From contig OZ244226.1 of the NCBI GenBank assembly GCA_965217035.1, positions 1,842,146 through 1,906,145 on the forward strand: a DNA stretch of 64,000 nt. The letters are read 5' to 3'. The stretch's first letter is position 1; every line of letters begins with the position of its first letter. The notes below the pieces were generated by a model, which did no database searches, was not told where the DNA came from, and saw only the letters and a list, made by a program, of their open reading frames with translations. This stretch comes from Bacteriovoracaceae bacterium. GTDB lineage: Bacteria > Bdellovibrionota > Bacteriovoracia > Bacteriovoracales > Bacteriovoracaceae. Shown piece after piece: positions 8,896 to 19,021 of this stretch. A program made the translations under genes and the position numbers.

Positions 8896-9990
8896 TTGGA
8901 ATTATCTTTCGGTGAAAAGTTCACCAAATTTAAAGAACAAAGAGAAATTGTGATTGATCAATTTGAAGAATTAATTGAATGGTCTCAAATGCAGTACCAT
9001 GATCTCCCTTGGCGCTATGAGCGATCACTTTATGGGACCCTTGTTTCTGAAATTATGCTTCAGCAAACGATGGTGAGTACAGTTGTAAATCACTTCTCTT
9101 CTTTTATGAATAAATTTCCAACGATTCACAAACTTGCTAATGCTAAAGAGAAAGATGTCCAGCAAGCTTGGAGAGGTCTCGGTTATTATAGAAGAGCTAA
9201 AAATCTTCACCGGGCAGCCCAAGTCATCTCGAGTAAGTACCAAGGCAATATTCCTGAAAACTATAAGGACTTAATTAAAATTCCTGGCATTGGTGAATAT
9301 ACTGCGAATGCACTCATTTCGATAGGGCACAGAAAAAGGGCCCTTGCGATTGATGCGAATATTGAAAGAGTGCTTTCTAGAGTTTTTGCTTATGAAACTG
9401 TTAAGGGGATTAAGAACCAAAAACAAATTTCGGAAAGCTTTCGAAGAAAAAAAATTCTCGACATTGATGTTAACTATAGAGCTTTGAATGAAGCAATTAT
9501 GGATTTAGGAAGAACTTATTGCCAAGCTAGAAAGGTAAGTTGTGAGCTTTGCCCTCTTGCTTCTATTTGTAAGACTAAAAAAGCAGGAAATCCGCTTGAG
9601 TATCCTAAAGAGTTTCAAGCCAGAGATAAGAAAAAACTGAAAAATCTTCATCTCTTGAGAGTGCTTGTGAAGAATGAAAAAGGAGTTCTTCTTTTTAGAA
9701 GACCAAAAAACAAGTGGCTTGAAGATCAGTATGAGCTGCCAACTTTTGCTCTCGGAAAAGAGAAAAGAACGGATCAATATCCTCAGCTTCGATTTTATAA
9801 GAACTATAAAAAATTGCCTCAATTTAGGACTAATATTACTCAGTACAAAATAAGTAACTTCATACTTGAGACGAAAGATGATCAAATCATTGATTGCCGC
9901 TCAAATTATAAATATGTTCCGCTGGCTGAGCTCGAAAATGAGAACATTTCAACGGCGACGCTGAAAGCTCTACAGGCTCTCTCTCAGTAA
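8896..9990 (+). CDS. mutY: A/G-specific adenine DNA glycosylase
   Basis: LPWR, VSEIMLQQT, W.GLGYYRRA.NLH, HhH LIKIPGIGEYTA, D.NIERV and 4Fe-4S motif C-x6-C-x2-C-x5-C. Confidence 0.93.
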   Translation: MELSFGEKFTKFKEQREIVIDQFEELIEWSQMQYHDLPWRYERSLYGTLVSEIMLQQTMVSTVVNHFSSFMNKFPTIHKLANAKEKDVQQAWRGLGYYRRAKNLHRAAQVISSKYQGNIPENYKDLIKIPGIGEYTANALISIGHRKRALAIDANIERVLSRVFAYETVKGIKNQKQISESFRRKKILDIDVNYRALNEAIMDLGRTYCQARKVSCELCPLASICKTKKAGNPLEYPKEFQARDKKKLKNLHLLRVLVKNEKGVLLFRRPKNKWLEDQYELPTFALGKEKRTDQYPQLRFYKNYKKLPQFRTNITQYKISNFILETKDDQIIDCRSNYKYVPLAELENENISTATLKALQALSQ

Positions 9991-10054
9991 TTATTCTGCA
10001 TTTTTTTTACATCTGGACGCTTTTCTTTAGTATACTATAGTCTGGGAGGTTCAC

Positions 10055-11533
10055 ATGAGAGTTTGTGCTGTTCTTCTGCTCCTGACTTTTGTTTCATGTT
10101 CCTCGGGAGATAGAACACCCGCTACCTTAATTACGAGATACGAAATGGATCTCTATGATTTACTGGCGGACATGGATGAGTATCTTGATTTACCATCAAA
10201 AAAAGTTTGTGAAGGTTCTCTGTTGGAAGAAAAATATCAAGAACTTTACAATGCTACCGACAAAAATATTATCATTGAGAAAATTTCTAATGATGCGAAA
10301 AGGGAGCTTATTCAGAAAAGTTTCGATGTCCGTTTGAAGCAAAGAAAGCATCTTGAATATATCAATGCAACTTACACATCTTGGAATAAGAATTGTTATG
10401 AAATTACGAGAGATATTAGTCGTGCTTTAAGGTATCTCGAGGATGTTCTGATTGAAAGACTTTATGTTGCTAATGATTCGAAAAAGTTTACAACTTTGGA
10501 AGGAGAGCAAGGAGACTATTTTCTTGTTAATCCGAATTTTACTTTTGAAGATCATAAAAATTTGAAATCTGGAGATATTATTTTATCGAGAGGAAATGCT
10601 TTTAGTGCTGCCGCTATTTCTCGGATAGGAATGACTGATGCTCAGTTTAGCCATCTAAGCTTTGTGTACAAAGACTCTAAGGATAAGCTTCACACAACAG
10701 AAGCGCATATTGAGATTGGAAATGTTGCAAGACCATTCGAAACTCATATTGAGCAAAAAAATGGAAGAACTGTTGTTTTTCGTTATAAAGGAAAACACAG
10801 GACGGCCCACGTTGCGAGCCATAAATCTTACCATGAGGTTGCTAAAGCAGAGAAAGAGGGAAGACTTATTAGATATGATTTTGGAATGGATTTAAGTGAT
10901 TCAAGAGAGTTGTTTTGTTCTGAAGTTGCCTCCTATGGTTTTAAAGATCAAGGAATTGATATCCCTCGAATTAAGACTAAATTTCCGAAATCACTTGTTC
11001 CTTTTCTAAGGAAAGTTGGAGTCAAAGTGAATCGAAGAAATATCTCCAGATTTGAAACTTTTAGTCCTGGAGACTTAGAGTTTGATTCTCGATTCGAACT
11101 TATTGCAGAGTGGAGAGATCCTCGGAAGTTAAAAGCTTTAAGACATAGAGATGCTATTCTTTATAAGATATTTGAATGGATGGAAAATGATCGTTATGAA
11201 TTTAAGCCTGAACCTGGTACACAGACAACTTCTTTTCTTGCTTATCTGGCCAGGAGAACCTGGTTGAAAAAGAACTTTTTCGGAAAAGACTTAACTAAAG
11301 AATTTCCTTTAAATATGGAACCAGCTCAAATGAACGTTTTTGTTGTTCTTAATGATGTTGGGGAAAAGATGGAAAATCGCCTCAAAAAAGTAGAAAAGCG
11401 ACAAAAGAAAACACTTTCTTTTAAAGAAAGTCTCGAAGAGCTTGAGAAATATCGAAAAGAGGAAATTGCCAAATACAGGGATCCATTTAAAAAAACTGAT
11501 TGGTATAGACTTTTCAGACCTGGCTTTTTTTAG
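10055..11533 (+). CDS. Lipoprotein with a permuted papain-like (YiiX/YaeF, peptidase C92) domain
   Basis: Lipobox FVSC. Motifs SGDIILSRG, FSH (His), YDF, FCSEV (Cys) and FSPGDL in permuted order. Confidence 0.8.
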   Translation: MRVCAVLLLLTFVSCSSGDRTPATLITRYEMDLYDLLADMDEYLDLPSKKVCEGSLLEEKYQELYNATDKNIIIEKISNDAKRELIQKSFDVRLKQRKHLEYINATYTSWNKNCYEITRDISRALRYLEDVLIERLYVANDSKKFTTLEGEQGDYFLVNPNFTFEDHKNLKSGDIILSRGNAFSAAAISRIGMTDAQFSHLSFVYKDSKDKLHTTEAHIEIGNVARPFETHIEQKNGRTVVFRYKGKHRTAHVASHKSYHEVAKAEKEGRLIRYDFGMDLSDSRELFCSEVASYGFKDQGIDIPRIKTKFPKSLVPFLRKVGVKVNRRNISRFETFSPGDLEFDSRFELIAEWRDPRKLKALRHRDAILYKIFEWMENDRYEFKPEPGTQTTSFLAYLARRTWLKKNFFGKDLTKEFPLNMEPAQMNVFVVLNDVGEKMENRLKKVEKRQKKTLSFKESLEELEKYRKEEIAKYRDPFKKTDWYRLFRPGFF

Positions 11534-11544
11534 CTTGTAAAAAA

Positions 11545-11846
11545 AGAGAGAAGAAGAGTAAGCCGGATTCTGTTGGAGGCATCATTCATCTTGGGTGCCT
11601 ATTACTAAACACCTCATGCGTCCTACCCGCTAACTCCGTTGAGGAAACTTCTCAATCCGAAGATCTGCGTTAGCCTATGTGGACTTGCACCCCGTAGAGT
11701 TTACCTGGTTTCACTACAGCCGAACTGTACTTGCTTTCTGTTGCACTGGTCCTCACCTCACGGTGGACGGGCGTTACCCGCTACGGTCCTCGGTGGTGTC
11801 CGGACTTTCCTCACGATTGTTCGTGCGATACCGCCTTCTTCTCTCT
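11545..11846 (-). ncRNA. rnpB: RNase P RNA (compact)
   Basis: Minus strand has GAGGAAAGTCCGG near the 5' end and AACAGAATCCGGCTTA near the 3' end. P1 helix AGAGAGAAGAAG/CTTCTTCTCTCT is followed by a U run. Confidence 0.96.
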
Positions 11847-11917
11847 AAGATTCTATATATTGAAAGTTGACTGAAAGTTCAACTGACATTGTAAAGGTTC
11901 TCTGGTAATTTTTCTCG

Positions 11918-13366
11918 GTGAATGCTGGTTTTAAAATTCAATACTTTGCGGTGTTTTGTGCGGTGCTTTCTAACTCTGCTTTTGGACAATTTTCAAAAAT
12001 TATTGAAAATATCTCTAAGAGGAATCTCACTCTTATTGAAGCAGATATCGAAAAGGACAAATCATCAAATACCCTTGAAGGTATTGACTCACTTTCTGAC
12101 TTCATCCTCTCCTCAGTTTTTGAATACGAGAAGGGTAGGCAACCCAATATTTTTCGAGAATTTGCTCAACAATCAACTTTTCTTAGAGCTTCCTTGGGGA
12201 TTAGTAAAATCACCTCTTGGGGAGGGACCTTTAGTTTTGTTCAGGCTTTTCAGGATCAAGATATCTCTGAATGGACATCTTCATTAATTACGACCTTTGG
12301 TGGGACAGAGGCTTATCAGTTTTCAAATACTTTGACTTACTCACAAGACTTGGGAAAGAACCTGTTTGGTATAAAGTATCGCTCTCAATTAAAGCAAGCT
12401 GAACTTGGAGCACAAATTGCAACCACCAACTTGCAGTATATGGAGGAGTCAGTTCTTTTTCAGGTTTTTCAAGCTTATCTTCAAGCGAAACTTGATAAGA
12501 AGCTTCTTCAAATTTCGAAAGAATCCCTTGATAGGGCTGAAAAAAGAAAGAACTTAATTTCTAAACGCTACAAAGACGGTGTTGCTATTCGAGCCGATTA
12601 CTATCGTAGCGTAAATGCTTTCTCTAGAGCTGAGGAAATTCACAGGGATGCGAAGGTTCAACTCGATAAATCTCTTCAAAGTCTTAATGAATTGGTGAAT
12701 GAAGATATTCGACCTTCTATGATTATGTCTTATCAATCCTATCAATATTTTAATGTCATTGCGCCAACTCAAGACTACTTGAAGAACAAAGAGCTCGCTT
12801 TATTGAATCAGCGTTTAATTTTGGCGAAAGAAGTTTTGAAAGAATCAGAGACGCAAGATAACTTTGATGTTTCTCTTGATTTTTCCTTTTCTCGAACTGG
12901 TTTAACAAATCAGTACGATAATGCTGTTTCGGATGCATTTGATGATGATAACTTTCAAACTGAGTCGATCTCTCTCAATGTTACAGTCCCTCTTGGAACA
13001 TCATCAGATAGTTATGATCGAATCAATAAATCACTTGATGTTAAAAAGAGTGAGTATCAGAGAAGTATTTCTTTAAAGAATATTAAAAGGAATGACTCAA
13101 TCTTAAGAGGTGAGCTTGAAAAGTTAAAAGAAAATCTGAAATCAGCTCAAAATAGATTAAACTTTGAAAGGAAAATTTTAAAAGAACAAAATAAGAGATA
13201 TAATCGAGGGCAAATTGATATTGATCAAGTTTTGACTGCTGAAGAATCCTTATTAGGTGCAGAAAGAACTTATTATCAATATTTCACTCGTGTTCTTATT
13301 CTTGGGCTTGGTATTAATCATCTTTATGGAGAGTTGAAAGACTCATTGGTAACATTCCGTGAATAA
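11918..13366 (+). CDS. TolC-family outer membrane efflux protein
   Basis: Signal peptide, two OEP-like helical repeats (RYKDG, RYNRG...DQVLTAE); coupled to the RND gene. Confidence 0.8.
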   Translation: MNAGFKIQYFAVFCAVLSNSAFGQFSKIIENISKRNLTLIEADIEKDKSSNTLEGIDSLSDFILSSVFEYEKGRQPNIFREFAQQSTFLRASLGISKITSWGGTFSFVQAFQDQDISEWTSSLITTFGGTEAYQFSNTLTYSQDLGKNLFGIKYRSQLKQAELGAQIATTNLQYMEESVLFQVFQAYLQAKLDKKLLQISKESLDRAEKRKNLISKRYKDGVAIRADYYRSVNAFSRAEEIHRDAKVQLDKSLQSLNELVNEDIRPSMIMSYQSYQYFNVIAPTQDYLKNKELALLNQRLILAKEVLKESETQDNFDVSLDFSFSRTGLTNQYDNAVSDAFDDDNFQTESISLNVTVPLGTSSDSYDRINKSLDVKKSEYQRSISLKNIKRNDSILRGELEKLKENLKSAQNRLNFERKILKEQNKRYNRGQIDIDQVLTAEESLLGAERTYYQYFTRVLILGLGINHLYGELKDSLVTFRE

Positions 13367-16300
13367 ACTCATCGATTACTTTGTATCAAAATCCTTGTTA
13401 GTGAACTTGATCTCATTATTGATTCTTGTTGCTGGTATTTTTTCAATTTATTCACTTAATAAAGAAACTTTTCCGAATGTCGATTTTGAAACGGTCATTG
13501 TAAGAACGAATTATCCTGGATCTTCAGCTGAAGACGTTGAAAAGCTTGTCTCGATTCCTATTGAGAGACAATTAAAAGATGTTAATGGAATCGAAGAACT
13601 TAATGTCATGTCCGGAGAAGGGTACTCTTTAGCAGTTCTTAAAATTGATCCAAGTTATGATATGGACAAGGTCAAGCAAGAAGTAAGAGACGCTGTTGAG
13701 CAAGTTAACGATTTTCCTGATGAAGTCGACCCTCCCATTGTCAGAAAGATTGATAACAAATCTCGTCCTATCTTAAATATTGGACTCTATGGTAAAGAAG
13801 AATCAGGCTTAAGAAAAACGGCACGAAAGTTAAGAGATAAAATTGAAACCTTAAAGACCATTGCTAAGGTTGATATTGAAGGGGAGCGACCTCTTGTTTT
13901 TCTTATCGAAGCTAACCTCGATTCACTTGAGCAATACGATATGAGTCTTGCAGAGCTTACTCAAGCTATTAAGGATAGAGAGATCAATCTGTCAGCAGGG
14001 TCAATTAAAACGAGCGAAGAAAATATTGTCGTTCGTACTTTTAATGAATTTCAAAAGCCTGAAGATATTGAAAATATTGTTGTGCGGTCTAATACATCAG
14101 GAGCATCGGTCAAAGTTAAGGATGTTGCCAAGGTCTCGCTGACTTTTAAGGATTGGTCTCGAGCCAGAAGAATTATGGGAAAAGAAGGCATTATCCTTAA
14201 TGTTAAGTCGAAAGAAACCTCAGATATTCTCAATACAACTGATGCTGTAAAAGATTTAACAAAAGAATTTCTCATTGATACAGGAGTCGCACATAAATTT
14301 ATTAATGAGAGTGCTTTTTATGTTCGTCGAAGACTAGGTGTTTTAACGAGTAATGGATTAGTTGGAATTTTCCTCGTTTTCCTTTGCCTTATCCTTTTTA
14401 TGAACTTTCGCGTTTCTCTTATTACTTCAATTGGAGCTCCGCTTGCATTTATGGTTGCCTTTGCTTGTATGGATGTGCTTGGTCTGAGTATCAATCTGAT
14501 ATCAATGTTTGGTCTCATCTTGGTATTGGGAATGCTTGTTGATGACTCGATTATTGTTGCTGAGAATTTCTATCAGCACCTTGAAAATGGTATGGATCCA
14601 AGAGAAGCAGCTAAAAGGTCTGCTCGAGAAACAATTGCTCCAGTTACGGCAACAATTCTCACAACGATGGTTGCTTTTGGTTCTCTTTTCTTCATGGGTG
14701 GAATCATGGGGAAGTTTCTTTGGCCTGTTCCTGCCGTTGTCATGATCTGTCTTGCAGCCTCCTGGTTAGAATGTTTTTTTATTTTGCCAAGCCATTTGGC
14801 AGACTTTGTTAAAATAAGAGAAGGTGGGATAGAGAAAGGAAAATGGTATCAACCACTCTTAGACTTTTATAAAAGAAATTTAAAATTGGCATTAAACTTT
14901 AAGTTCTTCACTATTGGAATTTTTGTTTCTTTGTTTTTAGTAGCTCTTTTTGTCGGTAAAAATATGAGGTTTGAACTTTTTCCTGATGATGATGTTCGTG
15001 TTGTTTTCTTGAAACTTAAAGCGAAGGTTGGAACACCTTACGAAAAAACCCTCCAAGCGGTGGCTGAAGCTGAACAGGCTGTTTTAAAAGCTGTTAGAGG
15101 CGAAGAACTCGAAATTCTCACCTCTGTGATTGGCTCTCAACGCTCTAATATGGGAAGCCCTCGAACAGGAGTTCATTACGGAATGCTCTATGTATACCTG
15201 ACAACAGAGGACAAAAGGGAGAGAGATCTCGATCAAATTATTGCTGCGATGACAGAGGCTACTAACGGTGTCATTCCGGATGGATATGAGTTTACAATTG
15301 AAAGAGCAAACACAGGTCCACCTAAAGGGAAGCCTATTAATGTTGAGATTATGGGGGACTCGCTAGAAGAACTTGTCCCTCTTTCAAAAAAGATAGAGAG
15401 ACGGATTAAAGAATTAGATGGAGTTCTTACGACTGAAGTTGATTTTGAAGAAGGTAAGAAACAATACTTAATTGATGTGAAAGAGGAAGAGTCCAGGAGA
15501 CTTGGGGTCAGCAATGTAACACTTGCTTTTGAACTAAGAAGAGCTTTTGAGGGGCAGGTGGTTACTGAAACTCGTCGCTCAGATGAAGACATTGAAGTGC
15601 TTGTTCGTCTCGATGAAGCATCAAGGCAAAATGAAGAGACTCTCGAGAAACTGACGATTCCTAATAATATTGGTCGAAGAATAAAACTCTCTGCAGTTGC
15701 TGATATTAAAAAAAGTGATGTCGCTTATGTTATACGACGCTTTGATAGAAAAAGGACAATCGCGATTTCTGGTGAAATTGATAAAGACAAGACGACTGCA
15801 TTAGAAAAAGGGAATGAAATCGATAAAATGATGGCTGATGTTTTGAAAGAGCATCCAGATGTCATTTATCAACTGAGTGGAGAAAACAAAGATACAAAAG
15901 AGTCTACCATGAGGTTAGCTAAAGCTGGTATTATTTCATTATTTATTATCTTTATTATTCTTGTTGCGATGTTTGGAAGTCTCGTTCAACCATTAATTGT
16001 GATGTCTTCAATCCCATTTGGTTTAATTGGCGTTGTTGCTGCTTTCTTTGTATTTAATTTACCTCTCGGGTTTATGGCCATGATGGGAGTAATAGGCTTA
16101 ATTGGTGTTGTTGTTAATGATTCAATTGTTTTAGTGAACTTTATTAATATTTCTTTGGAAAAAACGAATGATGCTTTTGATGCGATTGTTGAAGCTTGTA
16201 TTTCTCGATTTCGACCAGTTATCTTAACTACGTTTACTACGGTTGCAGGTCTTCTCCCTATCGCTCACACACCAGGGGGAGACCCCTTTTTGAAGCCTAT

Positions 16301-16403
16301 GGCAATTAGTTTTGCCTATGGTCTCATTTTTTCGACAACATTAACTTTAATTTTTGTTCCCTGTTGTTATTATGTCTACGTGAGGGTTCTAAAAAATTCC
16401 TAG
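13359..16403 (+). CDS. RND efflux permease (AcrB/AcrD/AcrF family)
   Basis: ETFPNVD, YPGSSAEDVE, GMLVDDSIIV.EN, GVVVNDSIVLV and RFRPVILTT; 1014 aa. Confidence 0.93.
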   Translation: MNKLIDYFVSKSLLVNLISLLILVAGIFSIYSLNKETFPNVDFETVIVRTNYPGSSAEDVEKLVSIPIERQLKDVNGIEELNVMSGEGYSLAVLKIDPSYDMDKVKQEVRDAVEQVNDFPDEVDPPIVRKIDNKSRPILNIGLYGKEESGLRKTARKLRDKIETLKTIAKVDIEGERPLVFLIEANLDSLEQYDMSLAELTQAIKDREINLSAGSIKTSEENIVVRTFNEFQKPEDIENIVVRSNTSGASVKVKDVAKVSLTFKDWSRARRIMGKEGIILNVKSKETSDILNTTDAVKDLTKEFLIDTGVAHKFINESAFYVRRRLGVLTSNGLVGIFLVFLCLILFMNFRVSLITSIGAPLAFMVAFACMDVLGLSINLISMFGLILVLGMLVDDSIIVAENFYQHLENGMDPREAAKRSARETIAPVTATILTTMVAFGSLFFMGGIMGKFLWPVPAVVMICLAASWLECFFILPSHLADFVKIREGGIEKGKWYQPLLDFYKRNLKLALNFKFFTIGIFVSLFLVALFVGKNMRFELFPDDDVRVVFLKLKAKVGTPYEKTLQAVAEAEQAVLKAVRGEELEILTSVIGSQRSNMGSPRTGVHYGMLYVYLTTEDKRERDLDQIIAAMTEATNGVIPDGYEFTIERANTGPPKGKPINVEIMGDSLEELVPLSKKIERRIKELDGVLTTEVDFEEGKKQYLIDVKEEESRRLGVSNVTLAFELRRAFEGQVVTETRRSDEDIEVLVRLDEASRQNEETLEKLTIPNNIGRRIKLSAVADIKKSDVAYVIRRFDRKRTIAISGEIDKDKTTALEKGNEIDKMMADVLKEHPDVIYQLSGENKDTKESTMRLAKAGIISLFIIFIILVAMFGSLVQPLIVMSSIPFGLIGVVAAFFVFNLPLGFMAMMGVIGLIGVVVNDSIVLVNFINISLEKTNDAFDAIVEACISRFRPVILTTFTTVAGLLPIAHTPGGDPFLKPMAISFAYGLIFSTTLTLIFVPCCYYVYVRVLKNS

Positions 16404-18788
16404 TTTTTCTAATAGTTGATCAATCTCAGGTTTTTTTTCATTATTAAATTTAGAAGGTATATTCTCTAAGCATTCCAATTTATTTCTTAATCCTGCGAAG
16501 TAATCAATTGCGAGAGAATCAGGGACTCCCTGGTTAAGAGCTTCGTTAACGGTATTTTTCATAACGAAGTCTCCTTTAGCCTCAAGAGATTGGACTATAT
16601 CGAGGACATTATCAAGAAGATCTTCAGCTTTTCTATAATCAAAACAAAAGTGAAGATGATCGTTGTGATTACTCCAGTTTTTGGTGATTTCTAAGCCGAG
16701 TCTGTAGTTATTATCATTGTGAGAATGTCTCCCATGATTTCCATAACCTTCTGTATAAGCTAAAGAGTCATGGTCAGCCCCTAAATTTTTTAAGAGTCTG
16801 ATGAAATCGTTTGTTGTATTTTCATCTTTGATACTATCGTAGTTTGAGTCAATTGCTTTGACTGAATAAAGAAAATAAGCCGATACAGCTGGATTTGTAT
16901 CTCCTTTTTTATGTTGAGTGATTGCATGGTTAATATATTCTCCCATAACAAATTTTTTCATCCCTGAAGGTAATTCAGAGTATTTTAAAATCTTTCTTGT
17001 TTTATGTAATTCTCCGTTCTCATCCTTCTCTGATCTAAAGAGGTAGGGGATCTTTTTATTTAAGTAATATTCGGAACTTCTAAGACCTTCAATAAAATGA
17101 GGTTCTATAGCAAGTCGCTTTATAAATTTATTAACATCTCTGATAATTTTTTTATTTTTAACATAGATAATTTCATTGTTAATTTTTTCTAGAAATTTTT
17201 CTCTATTGATATGAGTTTGCCGCATTGGTCTCGTGTCAATACAGCTTCCATGTTTGTGAGACTGGTGAGGCCTGAAAGTTTCAAAACTGTAAGCAATTCC
17301 CATATCACCGTATTGTAAAGCACTTCCTGTATTGAGAATGATATCAGAACATGGATGATTTGATTGACTAAAAAGTCTCAAGATTGTTTTGACCTGTTTA
17401 ATTTTATGAGAAGGAACATCAGGGTGATGCTTTTGTAAGCAAGAATGCAGTTTTTCTTTGAAGTTGGATTGAACGGTAAAGTAATCGGATTGAATGATTT
17501 TTATCAAATGCTGCTTTTGAAGTTCTTGGAACATACAAGCTGAGTAAGCGTTGAGCATTGTTTTTGACTTTGGGCTGGCTCCTCTTGCTTCTCTTGAATA
17601 ATGATAGCTTGCAAAGGCATTAGATGGGTAGTTAATTGCCTTTATATCTCTTCCATCGATTCTAGAAACCATCGTTTGAAACTTATTAGCAGATTCTAGT
17701 AAGTTCTTTATGAAAGAAAACTCTTTATCAACAGCATAGATTAACTCAAAAACGTCACTTGATTTAGAATAATAATTATAGGCGTTGCTTGCACCTTTAT
17801 TTTTAACTGAAAATACTTGAGAAGGTAATAGCTGAGCTTCTTCGACAAATGTTACATTTTTATCAGTTGCTCCCAATGTTTCTTTATCAGGATCTATGAG
17901 TCTGAAATAAGGTTCGTAATTACAATGATAGCATGCTTCTTTAATAGTTTCGAAAACATTATTATTAATATATTCGTCAATAACAGTTCGAGGAGATTGT
18001 TTGCTATTAGAGTTAAAGTGATTCACGAGAGCTTCTTGACACCCTTCAAGATCCTCTTTGTATTCAGGGTTGCAGCTGAGTCTATACTTATAACGATCTT
18101 TTTTAGTTTGGATAAAACTGATTTCTTTTCCGGCCATGACGATTGAGTTCTCTCTGGGCCCAATAATCATTTCTCTATCTTCTTTTTGGACAAGAAGTTT
18201 AGTTTTTGGGTTAATCTTTAAAATATGCTCTTGGTCTGTGTCGAACTCTACAGGATTAAAGGCAAAAACGGGACGGTGATAATATTTTTTATGAGTTAGA
18301 ATATGCTTGGAACTTTTAAGAAGTTTTGATTCTAAAACAGAACCTTTTTTTCCATTCGCTTTTCTTGCCTTTCTCGATCTTTGGTACCATTTTCCATTTT
18401 TTCCTGAATAAAAATGGCGAGTGAAGAGAGAGGGAGCAAATGTATAGGCCTTACCAAAAATTCGAATGAGCTCTGCAGACTCTTTTCCTTTATTATATTC
18501 TTTTATGTCGTTAATTAACCAACTTGGATAATCTGAGTAAGTTCCGATAATCGAATTATTTGTTAAGTCATTTCTTTGATAGGTTTTTTTATAACTCGAT
18601 AAATCTTTTTCTGATCGAGGTGCGTATCGAAATACTCTTGTATAATGAATCGTTTCCGAGTCTGTTTTTGTTTTTTGATTAGTTTGAGCATTACTAATAA
18701 GAAAAGGATATCTATCAAGTTCGATATCTACACTAGCAGCGAATAGAGATGATGAGAGAGCAAAAAAAGCAATTAACAACCAATTCAT
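16389..18788 (-). CDS. Large secreted protein with a C-terminal MepA-like (LAS) zinc peptidase motif set
   Basis: Signal peptide; YGDMG...HQSHKHGSCIDTR (H-x6-D) and NHNDHLHF (HxH). Confidence 0.6.
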   Translation of the reverse strand: MNWLLIAFFALSSSLFAASVDIELDRYPFLISNAQTNQKTKTDSETIHYTRVFRYAPRSEKDLSSYKKTYQRNDLTNNSIIGTYSDYPSWLINDIKEYNKGKESAELIRIFGKAYTFAPSLFTRHFYSGKNGKWYQRSRKARKANGKKGSVLESKLLKSSKHILTHKKYYHRPVFAFNPVEFDTDQEHILKINPKTKLLVQKEDREMIIGPRENSIVMAGKEISFIQTKKDRYKYRLSCNPEYKEDLEGCQEALVNHFNSNSKQSPRTVIDEYINNNVFETIKEACYHCNYEPYFRLIDPDKETLGATDKNVTFVEEAQLLPSQVFSVKNKGASNAYNYYSKSSDVFELIYAVDKEFSFIKNLLESANKFQTMVSRIDGRDIKAINYPSNAFASYHYSREARGASPKSKTMLNAYSACMFQELQKQHLIKIIQSDYFTVQSNFKEKLHSCLQKHHPDVPSHKIKQVKTILRLFSQSNHPCSDIILNTGSALQYGDMGIAYSFETFRPHQSHKHGSCIDTRPMRQTHINREKFLEKINNEIIYVKNKKIIRDVNKFIKRLAIEPHFIEGLRSSEYYLNKKIPYLFRSEKDENGELHKTRKILKYSELPSGMKKFVMGEYINHAITQHKKGDTNPAVSAYFLYSVKAIDSNYDSIKDENTTNDFIRLLKNLGADHDSLAYTEGYGNHGRHSHNDNNYRLGLEITKNWSNHNDHLHFCFDYRKAEDLLDNVLDIVQSLEAKGDFVMKNTVNEALNQGVPDSLAIDYFAGLRNKLECLENIPSKFNNEKKPEIDQLLEKLGIF

Positions 18789-18864
18789 AAAAATCCCTTG
18801 TGAATAACTACTATTTTAGATGAGATTTGGATGAAAATGGATAGTAAAGTAACTTCAATAGAGT

Positions 18865-18885
18865 GCTGTCAAAGATTTAGACAGC
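18865..18885. promoter_or_regulatory. Palindromic operator-like site between divergent hydrolase genes
   Basis: GCTGTC-AAAGATTTA-GACAGC. Confidence 0.45.
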
Positions 18886-19021
18886 GAAATGTTTGCTTGT
18901 ATAAGCTTTCCAAAATTAAGTAAGAATTACATGATAGTGTTTAGTATTTAATCAATCCTGCAATTATTATTCTTTATAAATCTTGAACCATGAAAAAGCT
19001 CAATAGTATGCAATAATTGCG

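Noticed and set aside
11639..11870. Two short plus-strand ORFs in the track
   Set aside because: They are antisense shadows of rnpB.
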